From a virus (lineage: Duplodnaviria > Heunggongvirae > Uroviricota > Caudoviricetes): 64,000 nucleotides of DNA. Location: IMG/VR virus record IMGVR_UViG_3300028888_000051, positions 99,384-163,383 of that record; one strand, written 5' to 3'. The translations under genes were made by a program, and so were the position numbers. The notes under the pieces are model-generated. The model worked only from the letters and a program-made list of their open reading frames with translations, was not told where the DNA came from and made no database searches. The stretch's first letter is position 1. The number at the start of each line of letters is the position of its first letter. Below are positions 41,012 to 50,100 of the stretch, piece by piece.

Positions 41012-43120
41012 TTAACTCCAAGTTAATGTTTTAGTTGTAGGGTCATAGGTAATGGTTGAACTTCCACCACTATCTAAATCAATCGAGGCGTTTGTAGACT
41101 GGTTCAATGTAAACGAACCCTTAGTCGTTCCGCCTTGTGTAATTGTTATTGTCGGATTGTTTACCGTTGGTATTGTCGGAGTGCCTGTCAAATCAGCATA
41201 AGCACCCGAAGTCGCAACTGCAGACAATGAAGAACTTAAAGCATAAGGGGTCAAAGCACTTGAGGTTATATAGCCAGCAGGGTTGCTTGAGTTATACGGT
41301 GTATATCCCAAAGCAGTTGTAACATCGCTTGAACTAATCCCTGTTATATACCCCTTGTTGGTTACCCAAGATTCTGTTGCATATCCACTCAAAGCAGAAA
41401 TGGTTATAAAACCACTATCATTGGTCAAGTCGCTTGTCGCTGTCGGTATACTTGGTTTGTTATCCAAATCAATATAGTCATTGCTAAAGGCAACTGCTCC
41501 GAATGCACTAGTGGGAGAGTAGCCATCAATACCACCTGGAACTTTCATCAGACCGTTCTGATTGTTAATTGTTGGTGCTGTTGCGTACGAAAGATTTGTA
41601 GCTCCAACATAAAGATGACCAGCATTCTGTGCTCTCTTTGTTGTGACGATCGGCATATCTATCGAGCTTGAAGTACTTGTGTCATAATATACAGTAATGT
41701 TGTCGTTGATATTAAATTTTAAACTATATGTCCAAGGAACACTACCACTCGGAGCTGCACTTGTCCGTAAATAGGCATTATAAGCATTATTTGGATATTG
41801 CCCTGATGGGATCATAATGTCGCCGATATAGGTTTGACCACTATAATTACTTCCGATATATCTACACCCATACTGCCAGCTTGCGTCCGTTCCATCTGTA
41901 TTTAAAAACTTTCCTGAATTTCCTGTCTGGTCAGGAAGTGAACTTGGTATGGCTATATTTGCAGTTGTGTTTCCTGACTGGTTAGCTGTAAACGTGGCAA
42001 TGCTTGAACCATTAACCTGAATGTCTAACTGTCCATTATTAACTGTCGGTATAACAGTTGAGCTTGGCAATGCACCTACATCGGTTGCGGTCAAGGTAAT
42101 ATCACTTGATAATGCCTTATTATTGACCGTTCTTGTTTGAGGTACAAAGTTGCTGTCTGCCTCGGCTTTTGTATAATACGCACCCTCACTACCGATATAC
42201 GACCAACTCTTTACATTGTTGGTTTCAATACAACGATAGTATGTAGCTGCACCAGAGTGTGTTTCGTCTACTAATACTTTAATAATATCATTTAGTGGTA
42301 CAGTTGAAATATCATAAGCTTGCAATTCTGCATAAGTACCTACAATATCAAATACGTCAGAAGCAGATACTATAGCATCAATTTGACTTTGTAGATTATT
42401 ATCAGCAGATTCTCGATTTCCTGTTTCAACTGCAATAGCTGTTGCTACTTGAGTTCCTGTTTGAAAATCGCTGTTATTAGTTAATTCATTTGTAGTTGTA
42501 GGAACAGTAATATTAGCCGTAACATTAGAGCTTGCGTTAGCCGTAAATGTATTGACCATTGTACCATTCTTTTGAATTGTTAAAGTAGCATTATTTACCA
42601 CAGGTAAACTTGCAGAAGTTATATAACCGGCATCATTAGTTAATTCTGAAATATTATCATTTGGTTGTAATGCTGTATCAGCTAAAGCACCTTGAGCAGC
42701 TGAAGCAAATTCATTAATATCATGAGTTACGACATTTCCATATGTGGCAATTGTATCACTTGCTGATTTACCAGCTGTTGCATTTGAACGAATTGTACTT
42801 AAATCAGAAATTGTATCTTGTTTAGTTATTAATTCTCCTGCAATAGCTACACCTGATTGAGCATTAGTTGAAGTTCCATCAAAAGTCTGATCAACTGTAC
42901 CTCCACCTGCATCTAGATTGATTGTAGTATCTCCAGATTGGTTAGTTGTAAACGTACCTTTTATTTCTTCACCTTGTGTTAGTGTGATTGTACCATTACC
43001 AACAGTTGGTATATTTGTATCTACATATGTTTTTATAGCCTTTTCAGATGGTACATAATAATCTGAATTACTAGATAATGTTTCATCTGTATCTAGGTTA
43101 TAAAATTTACTTTTGACCAT
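41012..43120 (-). CDS. Fibre-like protein with V.N.T.TI...G..F..NQS repeats
   Basis: Four VNN/GNG-TITI..TF.AN/LNQ modules, ELTNDxGFIT repeats. Confidence 0.7.
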   Translation of the reverse strand: MVKSKFYNLDTDETLSSNSDYYVPSEKAIKTYVDTNIPTVGNGTITLTQGEEIKGTFTTNQSGDTTINLDAGGGTVDQTFDGTSTNAQSGVAIAGELITKQDTISDLSTIRSNATAGKSASDTIATYGNVVTHDINEFASAAQGALADTALQPNDNISELTNDAGYITSASLPVVNNATLTIQKNGTMVNTFTANASSNVTANITVPTTTNELTNNSDFQTGTQVATAIAVETGNRESADNNLQSQIDAIVSASDVFDIVGTYAELQAYDISTVPLNDIIKVLVDETHSGAATYYRCIETNNVKSWSYIGSEGAYYTKAEADSNFVPQTRTVNNKALSSDITLTATDVGALPSSTVIPTVNNGQLDIQVNGSSIATFTANQSGNTTANIAIPSSLPDQTGNSGKFLNTDGTDASWQYGCRYIGSNYSGQTYIGDIMIPSGQYPNNAYNAYLRTSAAPSGSVPWTYSLKFNINDNITVYYDTSTSSSIDMPIVTTKRAQNAGHLYVGATNLSYATAPTINNQNGLMKVPGGIDGYSPTSAFGAVAFSNDYIDLDNKPSIPTATSDLTNDSGFITISALSGYATESWVTNKGYITGISSSDVTTALGYTPYNSSNPAGYITSSALTPYALSSSLSAVATSGAYADLTGTPTIPTVNNPTITITQGGTTKGSFTLNQSTNASIDLDSGGSSTITYDPTTKTLTWS

Positions 43121-43188
43121 GATATTTTTATTCCAATATATAAATAAAATGAATATTCTAAGCTTCTATTTTTTATTAGAACTATAAA

Positions 43189-43222
43189 TAAAAAAGTTAG
43201 ATAATCTAGCCTTATCTAACTT
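43189..43222 (-). terminator. Rho-independent terminator
   Basis: 11-bp stem AAGTTAGATAA/TTATCTAACTT, T run on the minus strand. Confidence 0.8.
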
Positions 43223-43250
43223 ATAAAATGAATAAAATATTTAAAATTAA

Positions 43251-44048
43251 TTATGACCAAGAAGCTTGATATAATACAGAATGGTTTTTAATTGAATCAG
43301 TTTCTTCTTTTAACTTATCAAGACGCTTTTGTAAAGCATCAGTAGAAATTTGAAAATCAGCATCAAATTTTACACCATCACGTGCTTGAATTATACTTTC
43401 AATAAATCTATATGAGATTAATTTACAAGCAAAATCTATTTTACTCAGCTCTATATATTCTGGAGTATCGTATCCCCAAAGTGTATGAAAAGTTAATTGG
43501 CCAAGGCCAAAAGGTTGTGTAATATAAACTCTTTCATCTTCTGTAGATATTGTAAATACTGGTTGACCTGTTGCTAATTCATCCAATGTATTTTTATATA
43601 ATAATCCTGTAATATCTGTATTTGTTGTTACTGAAGCAGGATTTGCAAAACCAAACATCTGTAGTGAAAAAAGGGAAGGATTAGAATATTGTGTAAAATA
43701 TGGTCTTTCTCCATGCATTATACCAATAAAATAAGCATGATCTAAATCTTTAGCTGCTGGAGTACTTCCTGTTAATAACTCATCAAAAGTTACATAGGTT
43801 GCTCCATTTTCAGTATGAGGAGGAGTTACACCAGACCAACTAAATGTATCATCAGCATTACTTGTAGTACTATATGTAGTAATATACATACTTCTTCTTG
43901 GAAAATATCTATAATAATCCATTGTTCCAAGTAAAATAGCTCTTTCTCTTAATAAATTTTCTTTTTCAGAAATAGCAAGATTAGGATTGGCTAAGTCTAA
44001 ATCTAAAGCAGCTTTAATTGTATTCATAATAACATTTCTGTTTGCCAT
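43251..44048 (-). CDS. Neck/head-completion protein (gp13-like)
   Basis: AILLGTMDYYRYF..; C-terminal LQKRLDKLKEE helix typical of adaptors. Confidence 0.45.
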   Translation of the reverse strand: MANRNVIMNTIKAALDLDLANPNLAISEKENLLRERAILLGTMDYYRYFPRRSMYITTYSTTSNADDTFSWSGVTPPHTENGATYVTFDELLTGSTPAAKDLDHAYFIGIMHGERPYFTQYSNPSLFSLQMFGFANPASVTTNTDITGLLYKNTLDELATGQPVFTISTEDERVYITQPFGLGQLTFHTLWGYDTPEYIELSKIDFACKLISYRFIESIIQARDGVKFDADFQISTDALQKRLDKLKEETDSIKNHSVLYQASWS

Positions 44049-44070
44049 TTTACTTTATCCTAAATTTAAT

Positions 44071-45171
44071 TTATTCTTCTTTATGATCTTCCCACCAAGC
44101 ATCAGCCGCGGCTAACTTTTGATCTTCAATATATTCTCCATAATCCCAATTTTCAAATGGATATACTTCTTCTTTTGTTTTATGAAATTCATAACCATCT
44201 TCATCTTTAGCATATACTTTTACAACTGTTGTTTCTGCTTCTGGATGATATTGTTTCCATTCCTTAGCAAAATTTTCAGCATTTTGTTTTGCTTCTTCTT
44301 CTGTATCTACTTTACCATATTCGAAAACATCTGGAGTATATTTTTGATCATCACCATAAATATCTGCTGTTAAAGTATATTCAGGATTATTTGGAATTGT
44401 TTTATCCGCACAAGCAAATAAATCTTTTCCGTTTTCATCTTTTTTTACAAATACTGCATAACCCTCTTTATAGTCTTGATTATCTAACCAATCATAATAT
44501 TCATCTTCACCATCGTATGCATTTTGAGGATCATTTGTATAACTACCACTTTTAGTATAATATTCTTTAAGACTATATCCATTATTTTCTAAAATAGTTT
44601 CAACCATTTGGCGAAAAGTAGATTTTTTTTCTACAGATTCTTTTTGAAAACTAAACTTTGAACCATTTATACGTGAATAATATGGTTGATCTGGATCAGA
44701 ATCAAATTTATTCATATTAGCCATATCACCATAACCGAAATTAACAAGTTTACGATCTTTATTATATAAACCAGATGGATAATTTTTAGTACTCATATAT
44801 ATACTATCCTGACCATATTTTTTACACATATTAAACATAAAATTTTCAAAAGCTTCTCTAGCTTTGTCATCATCCATGTTTTTATTTACAACAAAATAAG
44901 ACCTTTCTTTTACATTTTCTAAACCACCATTTAAATTTTCTTCTGGATATCCACCCATAGTTTGAGTATACCAATATCCTGCTTTTTCTATATCTTTACC
45001 TAAATCTGAACTTTTAGTTCTGTTACTCTTTTGCCAGTAATGATCACTTGGAATACTTAAATCTTTATCTAATCCATTAACTTTATGTCTATATGCAGAA
45101 ATCATACCAAGATCATATTTATTCCATGTATCAAAAAGACGAGATAGAGAAGTTTCTTGTAAATTTTTCAT
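44071..45171 (-). CDS. Two-module protein: DUF3293-like domain plus acidic domain
   Basis: TSLSRL..GMISAYR..N..LGKDI..GY..GGYPE..KERSYFV..KYGQDSI. Confidence 0.5.
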   Translation of the reverse strand: MKNLQETSLSRLFDTWNKYDLGMISAYRHKVNGLDKDLSIPSDHYWQKSNRTKSSDLGKDIEKAGYWYTQTMGGYPEENLNGGLENVKERSYFVVNKNMDDDKAREAFENFMFNMCKKYGQDSIYMSTKNYPSGLYNKDRKLVNFGYGDMANMNKFDSDPDQPYYSRINGSKFSFQKESVEKKSTFRQMVETILENNGYSLKEYYTKSGSYTNDPQNAYDGEDEYYDWLDNQDYKEGYAVFVKKDENGKDLFACADKTIPNNPEYTLTADIYGDDQKYTPDVFEYGKVDTEEEAKQNAENFAKEWKQYHPEAETTVVKVYAKDEDGYEFHKTKEEVYPFENWDYGEYIEDQKLAAADAWWEDHKEE

Positions 45172-45237
45172 CAGTTTATCCTAATAAGAGTTTATTTATT
45201 ACATAGAACTAATATTAGATTCATTTATGTTTTATAT

Positions 45238-46086
45238 CTATAATTTATGATACATTATAACTTTTTTATAAACATCATGTGGCGCATATTTATAACTTAT
45301 TCCTGTATATTCAGCTTTTTCTATTTGATAAACATTTTTAAATAATGCTCGATTTATAAATTTAAAAATATCTAAAGATTTATATGTTTTAACATATAAT
45401 AATGATGAATTATATTTATGTAATTTATTACCTTTTTTGACTAAAATAAAATTCAACTTATAATTAAAATCTTTATGATAATTTATTAAATAATGTAATA
45501 TATTATCATTTGGTAATAAAGAAATCTTATATTTATCATTAATTATACCATATGATTCTTTTCTATCATATGTAAACATTCCTGTATTTTTATCACTAAC
45601 AATTAATAAACAATCATGTGTTAATAAATTATTAATTTCAAGAAAACTATCAGTTAAACATTTTTGTTCAACAGCATTAATTACTTCAAAAAAATCTTCT
45701 TCAAAATAATCTATATCACTATTTCTAATTAAAAAAGTTTTTTTATCTTCATAAAAATATATTATAAAAGTTTCATTATATATTTTAGTTAAATATAAAA
45801 AATATGATAAAAATATATTTTTATTCGGAATATTATTGAATTCTAAACAAAGACTATTTTTTGTTATATTTTGACCAATTTGACCATAAAATCCATCATT
45901 TTTAATAATTTTAAAAGAATATTTATTTATATCACATTTAGTATATTTATAAAATTTCAATATAAAATCAAATTGATTTTTTTCAATTTTTTTTGAAAAT
46001 TCATGTGTTAAAATAACACGCACACCATTTAATTTTTTTGGTATTCGCTTAAAATTTTTATTTATTTCTATTTTACGTATTTCCAT
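45238..46086 (-). CDS. Very AT-rich hypothetical protein
   Basis: 282-aa ORF, AAGG RBS, own sigma70-like promoter. Confidence 0.55.
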   Translation of the reverse strand: MEIRKIEINKNFKRIPKKLNGVRVILTHEFSKKIEKNQFDFILKFYKYTKCDINKYSFKIIKNDGFYGQIGQNITKNSLCLEFNNIPNKNIFLSYFLYLTKIYNETFIIYFYEDKKTFLIRNSDIDYFEEDFFEVINAVEQKCLTDSFLEINNLLTHDCLLIVSDKNTGMFTYDRKESYGIINDKYKISLLPNDNILHYLINYHKDFNYKLNFILVKKGNKLHKYNSSLLYVKTYKSLDIFKFINRALFKNVYQIEKAEYTGISYKYAPHDVYKKVIMYHKL

Positions 46087-46109
46087 AGCTTTTACCTTTT
46101 TAAATAAAT

Positions 46110-46138
46110 AATATAATTAAATATATAAAAAGTAAAGC
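46110..46138 (-). promoter_or_regulatory. Sigma70-like promoter TTTACT-N17-TATATT
   Basis: -35 at 46138-46133, -10 at 46115-46110. Confidence 0.45.
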
Positions 46139-46144
46139 CATTAT

Positions 46145-46492
46145 TTATGAAATTTTAGTAATTACAAACCCATCTCTTTCAATTCCAAGATTTATCATAG
46201 ATTCTTTTACTTTATCAGCTGTAATATATACACTATTCCATATAACTATTTGGTTAGTATATTGCTTATAATTATTATCGTTAGTTTTTATTTTAAAAGA
46301 AGCTTTATATCGTACAGGTTCACTACCAATAGCTCTTAATTCAGAATAATCACCAGATACTGGATTTATAACACAGTATATAGGTTTTCTATAATTAGAA
46401 AATCCTCCTACATAATTCATTAATTGATTTCCTGTTGTAGAATCTTGTTCAGATATTATTATTTTTCTTGAAGGATAATTATCAGTTGCCAT
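46145..46492 (-). CDS. Hypothetical protein
   Basis: 115-aa ORF in operon. Confidence 0.6.
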   Translation of the reverse strand: MATDNYPSRKIIISEQDSTTGNQLMNYVGGFSNYRKPIYCVINPVSGDYSELRAIGSEPVRYKASFKIKTNDNNYKQYTNQIVIWNSVYITADKVKESMINLGIERDGFVITKIS

Positions 46493-46503
46493 AGTTATAT
46501 TCT

Positions 46504-47112
46504 CTAATTACTATAATGTGGTTTTGAGTCATTACCAAAATCATCACGTCCTCTTTCTTTATCAGCAAAGTATACTTCTCTATCATACTGCATAGATTCA
46601 GGAGCAGATTTATATTCTTCATATGTTAATTCTGGATTTTCATACCATTTATTAAATTCATCCATATTAAATATCTCTATATATTTATATCCGAGATCTT
46701 TAGCGATTTGTCTTTTGAGAGGATCTAATTCAGTCCAAGTATAAAGAATTTTATTATAAAAATCACCTTTTTTTGATTTTAACCAATCTACATCTATTTG
46801 ACAATTCGGATCTTTAGGATTATATGGACGCTTTCCATGTTTTATATGTTTATTAATCTGAATCATCATATTTTCAGATGGAACAAATATATCTACTTGC
46901 CAAGGCCTATGATTCTCAGGATTTCTAAAATCTTCGAAAGTTTGTGATTTTAAAGCATCTGGCCATTTCTTTTTTATCATTTCCCAATAATAATTTTCAT
47001 CTTCACTTACATTGTAACCAGAATCTTTATCAAAGATTTTTTGATCTCCCTCATCTAATGAATAGCCATTTTCAATTAAAATTTTTCTGACTAATTTTTG
47101 AAATTTACTCAT
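46504..47112 (-). CDS. PD-(D/E)xK/Vsr-like nuclease homologue with altered active site and N-terminal leader
   Basis: WQVDIFVPSENMMIQINKHIKHGKRPY..TWTELDPLKRQIAKDLGYKYIEIF. Confidence 0.6.
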   Translation of the reverse strand: MSKFQKLVRKILIENGYSLDEGDQKIFDKDSGYNVSEDENYYWEMIKKKWPDALKSQTFEDFRNPENHRPWQVDIFVPSENMMIQINKHIKHGKRPYNPKDPNCQIDVDWLKSKKGDFYNKILYTWTELDPLKRQIAKDLGYKYIEIFNMDEFNKWYENPELTYEEYKSAPESMQYDREVYFADKERGRDDFGNDSKPHYSN

Positions 47113-47124
47113 ATTAATTTATTC

Positions 47125-50100
47125 CTATTTCATAAGAGTTTCAAATGGATTGTTATTATGTTTTTTAGGAGCATCATATTGTGCTTTTGGTACCCAGAGT
47201 TTATATTCTGGTTTACCTTGTATACTTGATATATTTGCACTATATACATTTGGATCAAAATCTTTTAGTGCAGACATAACAATTTTTTCACCTTTTCTGT
47301 TACCTAAAGAATTTAGATAAATTTTTGTTACGCCTTTATATAGAGCAGGTTGTTCTTCTTCCATAATTTGTAATACAGTGAGTACTTCATCTTTTGTAAG
47401 TTTTATCCAATGACCTTGAGTACCTGTACGATTTACTTTGTTACTACTCTTAGGACCATTTATCATCATACTTAATGCTCTTTGTTCAAAAGCTTCTGGA
47501 GTATTCAATTTAAGTGTGGATGCATCTGTATATGAATAATTTATTTCACGTATTATATCATTGATATTCATAACAAAATCATGATGTTTTGCATGTTCTT
47601 TATTATTTTTATCAGTCCATGTTTTATCATCACTATTATATGTTACTTCTCTTACCAAGAAATTTGTAGGATTTTTATCTTTTTCCATACCCATAACGAT
47701 ATAATAATGAACAGGTTCCATATTTTTATCATTTTGTTTCTTTTGATTTTTCCAAGCTCTTGGCTCAACTGCAAAAGGTATATTTAAAATATTTTCTGGA
47801 ACATATTTGTCTAATTCTTTTTTAATAATATCATAATTCTGTGATTTTAAATACCAATCATCTGATTTAGCCTCATCTAATGATTCAAAATTAAGATTTT
47901 TAGGTATACTAATTTTTTGAGTAAATCTATCTTTTTTTGTAGATTTCCATTTTTCAATAGCATTAGCTTCTGGCCAACCATTATGAACAATATCATTATA
48001 TAATTTAACACGATATTGTGGAGGATAGCTAGGCAAATCTAATCTTTCCCAATTATCATAACACCATTTACGATAACGCTCATTAATATTTCTAGCCTTT
48101 TTTTCAATTGTATCTATTAAAGAATCCCAATCTTCTGTCTGTCCTTTCATTACCCAATTATACCATTTTTTATTTTTTGGATCATTAATAATCTTTTTAA
48201 AATCCTCAATTGGCATAAGATTATTTCTTTCATACTTTGGATAAATAGCATTTGTTTTTGGATCACGTACTGTAATTACTTTTGAATATAATACATTTTT
48301 TGGATCGTCACTTTTTTCAATACCGTCTAAAACTACTCCTATTTCTTTACCATTTTCATCTGTAGCAGCTAATTTTGGATGTTTATATTTAAAGTTTGGA
48401 TGAATTTCATTATAACAAAATTCAAGCATTTCATCAACTTTAGCAATATCTTTCATATTATCAATATAAGATTCAGGAGTCATATTTGATAAATTTTTTC
48501 CAACATATTCTTCAAGTTTATTAATTGTCTCTTTAGCTAATTTACGACATGTATTACTAAATTTTGTGCTTTCTTTAATCTTTTGAATAGTATTTTTAAC
48601 TTTTTCTTTATAACCGTCATTACAGGTAGCTAAAATATCTTCTAGTTTAGATATGGCTTCATCAGAATTTGTATATTTACTCATTAAGCCATCAGCTAAT
48701 TCTTGTTCAGATTTATTTTTTAAATCATCTTCAGATATTTCTATATCTTTTTTATCTGTAAATTCAGCTTCAAGTATTGATTCTAAAGATAAATCTTCAC
48801 TTTCTGCATCATAATAAGCATCTTTTAAACGTGCTAATATGCCAGAATTACGTAAATGCTTAAATAAAGTATTAGATGGACCAAATTCACCTTCATTCGC
48901 AAGACCTTCTTTACGAATATCCCATATCATTTTAATGATACCTTCTAATTTATCTTTATCTTTTTCTGAAATAGCATCTTCAATTTGTATTTGAATTTCA
49001 TCAAAATAAGGCTGTTCTGGTTCTTCTATTTCAATATTAGCATTTTCTGGTTCTTTTACCCAAGAGTTACTAATTAAAGAATAAATACCAGATGTAACTA
49101 AAGGTTCTGCTTTATTTTCAGCTCCAACTTCAACTGGAAGACCTTTAACTGTAATATCATGAGTATCATTAAAAATACGTTTAGCAGATTGTAAATATTT
49201 TGATAAAATCTCAGCCATTTGACCAGCTTCTTCAAAATCATATACCAAATGTACATCTATATCACTATTTTCATTATAATTATAATTTGCTTCACTACCT
49301 GTAAAATAAATATCTACTGGTTTAATTGGAAGTTTTAATTTATCTTTAAATTCATTAGCAATTCTAAGTAAAGCTTGACGTACATCTTCTTTTAATTCTT
49401 TGTCATCAAATAAATCTTGATTAAGTTTTGAATTAGTTTTGTCTTCTACAATATTATTCATTTGTTTTACTTTAGCTAAATCATCAGTATAATGCATTAA
49501 AGCTGTAGCACCATCATTTACAAAAGCCTCTGTTTTTGTATTATTATCTTTTAATTGTTCATATGTTTTATATAATGCAGATAAAAACTCAGATTCATGT
49601 GCTTTATCATTAAAATAATCAAAGCCGACATTTATTGGCTGAGCATATCCTTTAACTGGATCAGCTATAGTATGGTCATTATCAATTAATTCATTCGCTT
49701 TATCATTAACTACTGCAAACATAGCTTTTTTAAGTAATTTTTCATCAATATTTTTAGAAGGATCATTAATTATGTCATTAATTATTGTATCTACATATCT
49801 AGGAGTAGATTCTATAGGTTTTGTTTTAATAAGATTTTTCCATTTTTCAACAACTTGCATAGCTAATTTTTGTTCAGCTGATGTATATGTTCTTGGATCT
49901 TCTTTATCTAACATATTTTTGAGTATAGTTGTAGTATTAACATCATTGTTTTTTATAGATCTATTTAATTCTTTTTCTAAAGATTTACGTAATTTATTCT
50001 TATCACCAATTTTAGATATAAATTCTCCACTAAAATCTCCACCGAATATAGGATTACCTGGTTTTTCACCTTTATTTAATTTATATCCTTGCTGAATAAG

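Noticed and set aside
30656-43120. Diversity-generating retroelement suggested by the Mtd-N-like domain
   Set aside because: No reverse transcriptase and no TR/VR pair with adenine-specific mismatches seen; fibre repeats differ mainly at synonymous sites
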